Origin: an uncultured Saprospiraceae bacterium
GTDB taxonomy: Bacteria; Bacteroidota; Bacteroidia; Chitinophagales; Saprospiraceae
Length of the DNA stretch: 64,000 nucleotides
Direction: 5' to 3'
Assembly (NCBI GenBank): GCA_964419545.1
Contig: CAYQQU010000029.1
Span: 68 to 64,067 of the forward strand
Shown here: positions 53,331 to 61,763 of the stretch, piece after piece
Layout of the letters: the number at the start of each line of letters is the position of its first letter
How positions within the stretch are numbered: the stretch's first letter is position 1
Made by a program: the position numbers and the translations under genes
Notes under the pieces: model-generated
Told to the model about the DNA's origin: nothing
What the model saw: the letters and a program-made list of their open reading frames with translations, nothing else
The model's database searches: none

Positions 53331-53492
53331 GAGCTTGTTTGGAGGTAGTGCTTTTGAAGCGAAAAACTCAGATTTTGGGTTCTCCCGAAGGGATTTTTCC
53401 GGCTCATAGCAGCGCTACGGGTCGGAAAAATGCCACAGGGAGGTTCCAAAAGCTGGGTTTTGCAGCCAAAATGACTACCTCCAAACAAGCTC
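53331..53492. repeat. 162-bp imperfect long hairpin with 19-bp perfect termini
   Basis: gagcttgtttggaggtagt (53331-53349) pairs with actacctccaaacaagctc (53474-53492). The arms remain partly complementary inward. Confidence 0.8.
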
Positions 53493-53538
53493 TCAAACAA
53501 TTCAAAGCTACAATATAGCAAACAAATAGAAGGAACCA

Positions 53539-53925
53539 CTAGTTCTCCAGCCTTTCTTCGAACTGGCGGCGCTTGATCGAGGTCGCCCGGAAGGCATAGC
53601 TGATCAGGTACGCCGTTCCGACGAAAAGGAACCCCAGTCCGATGCCCACCAGAATGGTGATATAGGTGGCCTGCCAGTTTACCGTCAGCGCGCCCAGGAA
53701 ACCGCCCAGCACGCAGATGGCCGCCGCGACGTAGAGCATCACCAGGGCGTGGTGGAGCCGGCCGAGTTGCCGGATCTTCTGGTGTAAAATATCCCGGCTG
53801 CACTTCTGGTCATTGAGCATCCGTTCGATCTCTCCGGCGAGGGCGGTCGCCCAGTTGGTGCTCGACATGATGATCAGGCCGATGCCGGGTAAAATGGTCA
53901 GAGGAAAAATCCAGGATTCCATCAT
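53539..53925 (-). CDS. DUF2721-family membrane protein
   Basis: 128 aa with three TM segments. The pattern resembles DUF2721 (L.PG..L...S...........R...L). Confidence 0.6.
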   Translation of the reverse strand: MMESWIFPLTILPGIGLIIMSSTNWATALAGEIERMLNDQKCSRDILHQKIRQLGRLHHALVMLYVAAAICVLGGFLGALTVNWQATYITILVGIGLGFLFVGTAYLISYAFRATSIKRRQFEERLEN

Positions 53926-53971
53926 GTAGAAAAGGTGAAAATGGTGTCCGGAAAAAAGTTGTCTGCGGGCC

Positions 53972-54901
53972 TCAACCGGCCCCGTATTTCCATCGGTATT
54001 CGAAAACGTCGGGCCGGGCGTAATGCCCGGTGGGGTCGAAGTCCATCTTGCCGCTGGTCGTTTCCGTCAGGTCCAGCTGAGCGTAGAGAATGCCTTCTTC
54101 GTCCCATAAGGGGCCGGCCAGCGCATCGCCGAGGGGCGAAAAGATGACGCTGCCCCCGCGGGAAAGCACCTCCGGGCCGTTCGCCGGCGTTTCGCGGTAC
54201 GGCTCCGGATAATCTTTACGCTCGACGTACTGGTTGCAGCCCAGCACGAAGCAGCGCCCCTCGCAGGCGATGTGCCGCAGCGTCGCCTGCCAGGTAGGCC
54301 GCTGGTCGGCAGTGGGCGCCAGGTAGAGTTGTACGTTTTGCTGGTAAAGGGCGTAGCGGGCCAGGGGCATGTAGTTCTCCCAGCAGATGAGGCCGCCGAG
54401 GCGCCCCAGGGGAGTGGGCGCTATCTGCAGATCGTCTCCGCGCCCTTCCCCCCAGATGATGCGCTCGGCGCCGGTGGGTTTGAGCTTGCGATGGCGCAGC
54501 AACAGGGCGCCGTCGGGGCCGAAACAGAGCAGGCTGCAATAGAGCGTCCCGCCCCCCGGTTCTTTTTCGACGACGCCGATAGCCAGATACACCCGGTGTC
54601 GGCGGGCGAAGCCGCCGAGCAGGTCGACGGCTTCGCCGGGGGCGGTCAGGGTGTTTTCCCAATACTTCAGCCATTGATCGCGCCCGGCCGGGGAGCGGCT
54701 GCCGACTACCGTGCCGAAGCTCAGCCCCCGCGGATAGCCCGGAATAAAAGCTTCCGGGAACAGGATGAGCTGCGCGCCCTGTCCGGCCGCCTCTGCAGTC
54801 AGGCGTCCGACCTTGGCCAGGGTCTCTTCCAGCCGGAAGAGGACGGGCGTGGCTTGTACGACCGCTACCCGGCAGGTTGTTGCATCTGTTGGGTTCGCCA
54901 T
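53972..54901 (-). CDS. Nitrilase / carbon-nitrogen hydrolase family protein
   Basis: 309 aa with the Glu-Lys-Cys triad contexts LILFPEAFIPGYP, HRKLKPT and GLICWENYMP. Confidence 0.88.
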   Translation of the reverse strand: MANPTDATTCRVAVVQATPVLFRLEETLAKVGRLTAEAAGQGAQLILFPEAFIPGYPRGLSFGTVVGSRSPAGRDQWLKYWENTLTAPGEAVDLLGGFARRHRVYLAIGVVEKEPGGGTLYCSLLCFGPDGALLLRHRKLKPTGAERIIWGEGRGDDLQIAPTPLGRLGGLICWENYMPLARYALYQQNVQLYLAPTADQRPTWQATLRHIACEGRCFVLGCNQYVERKDYPEPYRETPANGPEVLSRGGSVIFSPLGDALAGPLWDEEGILYAQLDLTETTSGKMDFDPTGHYARPDVFEYRWKYGAG

Positions 54902-55009
54902 AGTGGATGCTGCGAATTTATAAGTTAAATATCAGCCGCCGCGTATACCTTTTTTGCTGCAAAACGAAACATAAGAAACACATTTTTTTTCCAAAAAACC
55001 AAAATCCAC

Positions 55010-55918
55010 ATGGCTAACATTAGCACCTTCGAACTGCTGGTAAAGCGCATCGCGCCCCTCGTCGGCAATCCGCTCATCGATGCGCCTTTCCGGCGTGCGG
55101 TGCAAGGGTACTTCCTGACCATCAGCAATCCCAACGATCGCGACATCTTCTTTCGCATCCGGGCCCGCATCCCCGTCATCGATCCTGCTTCTCCGGATCG
55201 CATCGTGCAACGGGAGCTCATCAACGGCAGCCCGGCCGATCGCAACCACATCTACACCTACGACATCACCGGCGGGCCCGAGAACGGCCAGCTGGTCTAC
55301 GAACCGATGCGCTGCCGGCGCACCACCTTCGGCGGAAGCCAGCGCACCTTCGTCACCAGAAACCTGAGGCTCCCGCCCGGCCAGACGGCGGCCTACAAGC
55401 TGTTGCCGGATATCGTGTCGCCGACGGTGAACCTCCCCGAGCCGGCCCTGGAGATCAGAGGATACCTGGAGTTTGTTCAGCTGGATTCGTTCATCATCAT
55501 CATCCGGCCCGACGGTACTTTCGAGCTGGTGTCCGTAGACGCCGCGCCGGCCGACCTGCTGTTTACGCCCGAAATCCGGGGTACTTTCCTCGACAATAAC
55601 TACCCCGGCGGCGCCGACCTCGACTTTGACCAGATTGCGTACGCGATGCCTACCAGCACGGGCGGCGCTCAGATGACGATCACGGAATCAGAGTCGCTTT
55701 TCCTGATTTGCAACCTGCCCTTCATCCTCGACCCGGCAGATCTTTCCGGCTCCATCGACTTCAGCGGACGGGTAGTGCTCGACGAAAAGACCCTGAAAAA
55801 AATCGACGCCAAAGTGAAGAAACACCAGAAGATCGAACCCGACCAGCGCTTCGAATTAAAGGACGTGGCCGGCGAGATCGAAGCTACGCTGAACCAGTTG
55901 GAACGAAGAAAGAAGTAA
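55010..55918 (+). CDS. Hypothetical protein (orphan to me)
   Basis: 302 aa. It has no signal peptide or TM segment, looks beta-rich and ends in a Lys-rich coiled tail. It has its own strong terminator. Confidence 0.65.
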   Translation: MANISTFELLVKRIAPLVGNPLIDAPFRRAVQGYFLTISNPNDRDIFFRIRARIPVIDPASPDRIVQRELINGSPADRNHIYTYDITGGPENGQLVYEPMRCRRTTFGGSQRTFVTRNLRLPPGQTAAYKLLPDIVSPTVNLPEPALEIRGYLEFVQLDSFIIIIRPDGTFELVSVDAAPADLLFTPEIRGTFLDNNYPGGADLDFDQIAYAMPTSTGGAQMTITESESLFLICNLPFILDPADLSGSIDFSGRVVLDEKTLKKIDAKVKKHQKIEPDQRFELKDVAGEIEATLNQLERRKK

Positions 55919-55949
55919 GCCTTCTTTTTAAATCAGTTCTATGTATAAC

Positions 55950-55985
55950 CACCGTCCCCGCAAGGTTATTGGGGACGGTGTTTTT
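55950..55985 (+). terminator. Rho-independent terminator
   Basis: caccgtcccc-(11-nt loop)-ggggacggtg is followed by a T5 run. Confidence 0.8.
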
Positions 55986-56005
55986 CGTTTCGCCGCTAGG
56001 GCCGT

Positions 56006-56620
56006 TCAGGGCCGGGCGTAGCCGAGCTGGGTGTCCCGCTGCCCTCGGTAGTAAGTATCCAGTCCCAGCACCGCCAGGCTTTCCGACTGCTCCGGGTAGA
56101 CGTGGCCGTCTTCGGCCGGCATGTCTTCCGGCAGCAAGATCTCTACGATTTTTCCTACGATAAAGAGGGCGCCGTTGGCCTGGATGGGGTGTTCTTCAAC
56201 GAATTCGAGGCCCATCTTTACGCGGCTTTCCGCTACGTAGGGCGCGGGATGGCGTTCCGAAAATTGAGGCGTCAGCCCCACAGCGCTGAATTCCGAGGTG
56301 CGCTCGTCGTAATTGGCCGAGCTCTGGTGGGCCCGCTCCAGGATCTCCGGATGGATGTGGTTGAGCGTGAAGTAGCCTTTGGCTTTGATGTTGTGGTAGG
56401 TATGGCGGGGCACCGTCAGCGGGCGAAGCACGAACCCCAGCAGAGGCGGCGTGGCCCCCAGGTGCGTGACGGAATTGAAGACGCCGAGGTTGGCCGCGCC
56501 GCGGTGTCCCATCGTACCCACCAGCAAGGCGCTGCGCAGGCCGGCGACGGTATTGATGAGGTGCATGCGGTAGAAACGGTCGGCCGAGAGGATCTCTTCC
56601 AGGGTAATGCGTTTTTCCAT
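56006..56620 (-). CDS. Flavin reductase-like (FMN-binding split-barrel) family protein
   Basis: I start at ATG 56620 (MEKRITLEEILS...). The pattern ...RSALLVGT......N....NS..H.G..PP.....RP is typical of flavin reductase domain proteins. Confidence 0.65.
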   Translation of the reverse strand: MEKRITLEEILSADRFYRMHLINTVAGLRSALLVGTMGHRGAANLGVFNSVTHLGATPPLLGFVLRPLTVPRHTYHNIKAKGYFTLNHIHPEILERAHQSSANYDERTSEFSAVGLTPQFSERHPAPYVAESRVKMGLEFVEEHPIQANGALFIVGKIVEILLPEDMPAEDGHVYPEQSESLAVLGLDTYYRGQRDTQLGYARP

Positions 56621-56649
56621 ATCTTGGGCTTTGCGAAAAAATCGAAACC

Positions 56650-57372
56650 TTGACCTGGCAGGCATTCGTACAGCCGAATACCCACTTCGGACTTTTTAAC
56701 AACCAACATCTGCTGATGTTGGCGCTGACCGTGCTATTGTCCGTCCTTTTGGCGTTTCTGGGCCGCCGGACGCCTTCGGAACGGCGCCGCCTGCGCCTGG
56801 CCCGCCTGTTGAGCCTGGTGCTGAGCGGCACGGTGATCGGCTGGACGTTGCTGCGGCTGCGGCTGGGCGTTTTCGATCATCGCACCGATCTGCCCTTCGA
56901 CATCTGCAACATGCTGGCCCTGGCGGCGCCCCTCTATGCCTGGCGCCCCCGGCAGCGCGTATTCGAGATCGTTCACCTTTGGGTGCTGGCCGGCACCCTG
57001 CAGGCGGTGCTTACGCCCCACCTGGAGGAAGGGTTCCCGCATTTTACGTTCTTCAAATACTGGATCGTGCACGGCGGGCTGATCGTTTTTGTCATCTATC
57101 TCGCCGTCGCTTTTCAGCTTTTTCCCACGCTGCGTTCGGTAGGGCGGGCTTTCCTCTGGTTGCAGGGGTACGGGCTATTCGTGCTGGCCGGCAATCTGCT
57201 GCTGGGCGCCAATTACGTCTACCTCCTCGGCAAGCCGCCCACGGCTTCGGCGCTCGACTACCTGGGGCCCTGGCCTTATTACCTGCTGGTAGTGGAAGGA
57301 GTGGCCCTGTTGCTGTTCCTGCTGATCTACCGGGTCACCGCGAGCCTGCGCCGGTGGCTGAATTTCTCCTGA
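56650..57372 (+). CDS. TIGR02206 (YwaF-like) family integral membrane protein
   Basis: 240 aa with a TTG start as given in the track. It has about seven TM helices. LPF.ICN, ...LTP.L...FP.F.F..Y...HG resembles TIGR02206. Confidence 0.6.
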   Translation: MTWQAFVQPNTHFGLFNNQHLLMLALTVLLSVLLAFLGRRTPSERRRLRLARLLSLVLSGTVIGWTLLRLRLGVFDHRTDLPFDICNMLALAAPLYAWRPRQRVFEIVHLWVLAGTLQAVLTPHLEEGFPHFTFFKYWIVHGGLIVFVIYLAVAFQLFPTLRSVGRAFLWLQGYGLFVLAGNLLLGANYVYLLGKPPTASALDYLGPWPYYLLVVEGVALLLFLLIYRVTASLRRWLNFS

Positions 57373-57452
57373 AGCAAAGAGCCGAAGAGACCCAAGCAGC
57401 TAACCAAACCCCGTTTTTGTTTCGTAACTTCGCCAGGCAAAACGATGAACGC

Positions 57453-60002
57453 ATGCGCCGTCTTCTCCTGCTGCTCCTGAGCTTACCCTTCCTGTTACAC
57501 GGCCAGACCGAAGCCGCTTTCCAAAAGGCGGAAAACCTGGCGGCCGAAGGCGACCGTTACGGCGCCGTCCGGCAGTTGGAACAATTGATCGCCGATTTCC
57601 CGAAACGCGAATACGACTGCTCGGTGGCTTATCTGCGCATCAGCGAACTACAACAGGAAATGGGCGACTTCACCGCCGCCCTGGAGGCGAACGAGCGCTC
57701 CAAAGCGCTGCGCGATGAGCTGCGCGCGGACGATACTGCAGACAACTTTTTCCGGTACGGAGAGATCTACCGGGCGATGGGCCAATACGAAAGGGCGCTC
57801 TTCTATTACGAAAAAGCCCGCGATCTGCCTTTCCTGTTCCCGGAACTGTTCGCCCGGGTGAATGCCGGTATGGGGGAGGCTTTTCTCGCTATGGAGCTCC
57901 ACGATGAGGCGGTTGCCTATTACCGCAAAGCGATCAACCTGCTGGAGATCGAGTTCGGCGCCGACGATCCGTTCCTCTTTTCGTATTACGAGCACGGCGC
58001 GCGCGTGGCGCTGGCCGCCGGCGATCCGGACCTGGCGGCGGCTTACCTGCGGCGGGCGGAAGCCATCCGCACGGACCCGGTCGTGTACTACCTCCTGGGC
58101 GAATGCGCCGCGGCCGAGGAATCGACAGTGGAAGCCCGCGACCAGTGGTTGCGCGCGCACCGTTATTTTAGCGCCGATATCCAGGCTTCGCGCCGCGACA
58201 AAGCACAGACGGAGCTGGCGCTGGCCCGCCTCAATGCCGGGGAGGGCGACCGCCAAGCCGCCTGCTCTTTTCTGCAAATGGCGATCCGCACCCTCTGTCC
58301 GCGCTTCAGCGGCGAAGATTTCCTGGAGAATCCACCCGACGGCGCGCTGGTGCTCGACCCTTTGCTGCTGGTCGAAGCGCTGGGGGTGAAAATAGACTGG
58401 CTCTCCGCCACCGGCGCCGTCGATTCGCTGACCGCCGCCCTGGAAGCGGCGCGCTACGGCGTCAACGTACTGGACGACTTTCTGGCGTTCGGCGACCAGT
58501 CGCAACTCAACTGGCGTCGCGCTACCCGCGTCGCCCATCCTTTTTTCACTGCGGCTATAAAAGCCGGGCAGCGAGCCTATCGACGCACGGGCGACGAAGC
58601 CCATCTGCGGCGGGCCTTTGAATGGGGCGAACGCGGCCGGCACTGGGCCCTGCGCCTCTACCAGCTGCTCTTGCTCCAGCAAAGCCGCTTCGGAGAGCCG
58701 CTGCGGGAAGACTGGAAGGTGCGGCGCTGGCTGCAGGAGGCTACGCAGGAACTGGCCCGCGACCCGGAGAACCAGCGCTTGTGGATCGACGTCAAACAGC
58801 GCCAGCGCCTCCTCGACGAGCGCATCGCCCGCTACCGGGAAGCGGCGCCCGAACTGTACCGCTGGCTCTACGACCGCAGCATTCCCCGCAACCGCGACCT
58901 GCCGGCATTGCTGCAGGAAGATGAACTGTTACTCGCCTATTACGTCGGGACAGACCAGACGTTTATTTTTACTCAGCGGGCGGAAAACCTGTCGCTGCAC
59001 GTAGCGCCCGTCGGCGCCGCTGCACTCGCAGCGCTGGTCGATAGCGTCCGCTTCGGCCTGGCTCGCCGGCGGGAAGAGATGCTGGTTGCCCACGCCGCCA
59101 CTTTATCCGAGGCCCTCCTCGCTCCGGTCGGTCGCGACCTGAAAAGAGCCGATCGCGTGCTCGTCGTACCGCACGGCCCTCTGTACGCGCTGCCTTTTGC
59201 CCTCCTGCCGGGCAAAGCGCCGCGGGGGCGCCGCATCAACCACCGGCAGCTCGATTACCTGGGCGTCGAGAAAACCTTGCTTACGGTCCCCTCGCTCACC
59301 GCCTGGTCCAACTGGTTGCAAAACGAAACGCCGCGCCAGGACAAGACCCTGGCCATCCTGACGGTCGATCCGGAGGCGGCGGCGGTCCCGGCCGACTGGC
59401 GGTTCGTTTTCGATACGCTTTATCAACGCAACGCCCGCAGCTTGCGGGTCTTATCGCGCGACGGGCAGCGGTTGGAGACCTTCAAAAGAGACACCCTTTC
59501 CGTTGATCAGGCAGTGCTCATCAGCGGCGCCCAAGCTGAAGACTGGGAGGCGGCGATGGCAAAGCACACCTACCTGCACCTGCGGGCGCCGGCCTTCGTC
59601 GACGCTACCACGCCCGTTTTTTCAGGGCTGCTGCTGCACCGCCAACGCAAAAAAAAGGAGCTCATGGAGCCGCTATTCAGCGAAGGATTCTACGGGCTGC
59701 CCCTCGGCGGCCGGCATCTGGTGCTGGACGGTTTTACAGGAGAAACGGCAGACTGGGGCCTGGCCGGCAGCTGGCCCGCGCTGGCGACGCCCCTGCTGCA
59801 GGCCGGCGCCCGCTCGGTGATGATCAGCTGGTTCGACGACCCGCGCGACCAGTCCCGCTTCTGGGCGCGCTACTACCAACTACTGCCCGAGCAGCCCTCC
59901 GAAGCCGCTGCTCTCCAAACCTTGCGCGCCGAATGGGTGCGCCGCCCCGAAACCGCCGCTCCCTGGTACTGGGGGGGTGGGGTGATTAGTGGGGGGGGAT
60001 GA
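57453..60002 (+). CDS. Secreted TPR-repeat / CHAT-domain protein (CHAT dyad apparently degenerate)
   Basis: The ATG at 57453 gives the signal peptide MRRLLLLLLSLPFLLHGQ. The N-terminal half has TPR-like repeats. The C-terminal CHAT blocks are RVLVVPHGPLYALPFALL, YLHLRAPAF, HLVLDGFTGE and PWYWGG. Confidence 0.8.
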   Translation: MRRLLLLLLSLPFLLHGQTEAAFQKAENLAAEGDRYGAVRQLEQLIADFPKREYDCSVAYLRISELQQEMGDFTAALEANERSKALRDELRADDTADNFFRYGEIYRAMGQYERALFYYEKARDLPFLFPELFARVNAGMGEAFLAMELHDEAVAYYRKAINLLEIEFGADDPFLFSYYEHGARVALAAGDPDLAAAYLRRAEAIRTDPVVYYLLGECAAAEESTVEARDQWLRAHRYFSADIQASRRDKAQTELALARLNAGEGDRQAACSFLQMAIRTLCPRFSGEDFLENPPDGALVLDPLLLVEALGVKIDWLSATGAVDSLTAALEAARYGVNVLDDFLAFGDQSQLNWRRATRVAHPFFTAAIKAGQRAYRRTGDEAHLRRAFEWGERGRHWALRLYQLLLLQQSRFGEPLREDWKVRRWLQEATQELARDPENQRLWIDVKQRQRLLDERIARYREAAPELYRWLYDRSIPRNRDLPALLQEDELLLAYYVGTDQTFIFTQRAENLSLHVAPVGAAALAALVDSVRFGLARRREEMLVAHAATLSEALLAPVGRDLKRADRVLVVPHGPLYALPFALLPGKAPRGRRINHRQLDYLGVEKTLLTVPSLTAWSNWLQNETPRQDKTLAILTVDPEAAAVPADWRFVFDTLYQRNARSLRVLSRDGQRLETFKRDTLSVDQAVLISGAQAEDWEAAMAKHTYLHLRAPAFVDATTPVFSGLLLHRQRKKKELMEPLFSEGFYGLPLGGRHLVLDGFTGETADWGLAGSWPALATPLLQAGARSVMISWFDDPRDQSRFWARYYQLLPEQPSEAAALQTLRAEWVRRPETAAPWYWGGGVISGGG

Positions 60003-60036
60003 GTGTGGGTGTGGGGATGAGTGTGGGTGTGGGTTC
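59971..60036. repeat. G-run-rich tract including an 18-bp direct repeat (ggggatgagtgtgggtgt x2)
   Basis: The direct repeat units are 59995-60012 and 60013-60030. G runs of 3-8 lie at 59971, 59979, 59991, 60007, 60013, 60025 and 60031. The tract spans the last codons of the CHAT gene and the whole gap to the convergent NUDIX stop at 60041. Confidence 0.85.
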
Positions 60037-60040
60037 AGGC

Positions 60041-60574
60041 TCATTTAAACTTAATTGCCTCCAGGGCCAAGAAGCCGCTTCCGATATTGGCGAAGCTCTT
60101 CTCTTCGGGGTCGGTCATCATTTGCAGCAGCTCGGTTGGGCTGACGGTGAAGACCTCGATGAATTCCAGTGGGTCCAGCTGCTGCGACTGGATGCGGCGG
60201 CAGCCGGTGGCCAGCATACAATATTGGCATTCAGTGGTATAGGAATTGCGCACCTCTTTGAGCAGGGTGATCCGCTCGGCCACGTAGCCGGTTTCTTCCT
60301 GCAATTCGCGGGCGGCGGCCACCTGGGGCGTTTCGTTCTCATCGAGATAGCCTTCGGGGAAGCTGGTCAGTACCTTTTCGGGGCCCGGCCGGAACTGGCG
60401 GACCAGGATAAACTCCTCCTGCTCGGTGAGGGCGGCGACGGTGACGAACGAGTCGTTCCCGAAAATATCATAATCGGCCTCGCGCCCGTCGGGCAGCCGG
60501 AAACGCCGCCGGATCAGGTCGCGCCAGCCGCGGTAGGCGTAGCGCTCGCTTATCTTTTCCCAGGGTTGGATCAT
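60041..60574 (-). CDS. NUDIX hydrolase
   Basis: 177 aa with the NUDIX box GYLDENETPQVAAARELQEETGY. Confidence 0.88.
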   Translation of the reverse strand: MIQPWEKISERYAYRGWRDLIRRRFRLPDGREADYDIFGNDSFVTVAALTEQEEFILVRQFRPGPEKVLTSFPEGYLDENETPQVAAARELQEETGYVAERITLLKEVRNSYTTECQYCMLATGCRRIQSQQLDPLEFIEVFTVSPTELLQMMTDPEEKSFANIGSGFLALEAIKFK

Positions 60575-60618
60575 ATTGGTTGTTTTTGCGCATCAATAAC
60601 ATTTGCGGCCGGCCATTC

Positions 60619-60695
60619 TCGGTTTGAAACATTGTATGCGCTCGTCCCGGCCGGACGAGCTATCGGCAGCCTGTTTTGTACGCAGTGATTGCCGC
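60619..60695 (+). repeat. Conserved ~78-nt intergenic element, copy B of 2
   Basis: Colinear with 36235-36313. It contains a perfect 8-bp hairpin, gctcgtcc-cggcc-ggacgagc. Confidence 0.7.
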
Positions 60696-61035
60696 GCCGG
60701 AGGTGCGGAATAGAAAAGATGGCCGGCATGCCGGGAATATTCTGTACCTCCGGCACGGAGGCCCCTGGTGTGTAACTCCTGTTTTGCATGAAGATCAATT
60801 GCTTAAAAATGCATACTGCCAAACCGGATATCGCTGCTTTGCGGTGCAATTTTAAGCTTTCTTAGGGAAAAGAGGGATGCGCCCCCCAATTTTAAAAGAT
60901 CACTAACGCAAGAAAAGGTGGTGGAAGAGCAGATCCGCCACAAGAGCTTCGGGATCAACGCCGGCGTGCTGCTCCCCTTCGGCGGATCGAAGGAGCCGTA
61001 TGCTTACCGCTTTTAGCAGAAACGGCTTCAGTATA

Positions 61036-61084
61036 ACCCGGATCATTCATGGGTTCACAATAGATTGATCCATGAATAATCCGG
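61036..61084. mobile_element. Minimal (49-bp) copy of the MITE/REP-like palindromic element
   Basis: cccggatcattcatgg - 17 nt - ccatgaataatccggg. Confidence 0.75.
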
Positions 61085-61121
61085 GTAAACGAAAAAACCT
61101 TCAGCCCCACAAACCTCAATC

Positions 61122-61763
61122 TCAAGAGCCGCCCTCCGGCCGTTCTTCCAGCAGCATATCGATATCCTTCAGAAACTGATCGACCGATTTCGGGTCGGTG
61201 CCGTCGCAGAAAGAGCGGACGTAGCGGTTGGAATCTACCAGGATGAGGCGGCCGCTATGGTCGAAGCCGCCGGGCGCGTCGGGGTTTTCGGTGGCGATGC
61301 TGAAGTAGTCGTCGGCGATGCCGTAGATCTCCTGCTTATCGCCCGTCACAAAATGCCATTTGGGAGCGGAGACGCCGAGGTTTTCGGCGTACCGTTTGAG
61401 CCGCCCCACCGTATCCCTTTTGGTGTCGATGCTGTGGGAGAGCAGCAGCAGCCGGTCTTCGTCTTTGAATTTTTCGTACACCCGCAGCATCTGTCGTTTC
61501 ACGATAGGGCAGATGGTAGGGCAGGAGGTGAAAAAGAAGTCGGCCACGTAGGCCTTGCCGGCGAAATCGGCATTGGTCACCTGTTGGCTGTCCTGATTGA
61601 CAAACCGGAAATCGGGAATGGTGTGGTAAACCGTATCCCCGTCAACGAAGTCGCGATAGCCCAGGATGGGCAGCGTCTGTTCGGTTGGCGGGCCGCTGCA
61701 GGCTGTGATCATAGCGATCAGCAGCGCCAGGCCCGGCAGGAAATTATTCCATTTTCGGATCAT
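61122..61763 (-). CDS. SCO1/SenC-family copper chaperone (thioredoxin fold) lipoprotein
   Basis: 213 aa with a lipobox (LLIAMITAC), the CxxxC motif FFFTSCPTICP and the downstream block HS..D. Confidence 0.88.
   Translation of the reverse strand: MIRKWNNFLPGLALLIAMITACSGPPTEQTLPILGYRDFVDGDTVYHTIPDFRFVNQDSQQVTNADFAGKAYVADFFFTSCPTICPIVKRQMLRVYEKFKDEDRLLLLSHSIDTKRDTVGRLKRYAENLGVSAPKWHFVTGDKQEIYGIADDYFSIATENPDAPGGFDHSGRLILVDSNRYVRSFCDGTDPKSVDQFLKDIDMLLEERPEGGS

Noticed and set aside
60807-61017. A stop-to-stop open frame ending ...GINAGVLLPFGGSKEPYAYRF that might be a small gene or the 3' remnant of an outer-membrane protein gene.
   Set aside because: It has no start codon in frame. The upstream two-thirds is not protein-like and it is too short to support by eye. 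I kept it only as a comment within the finding on the 60575-61121 spacer.
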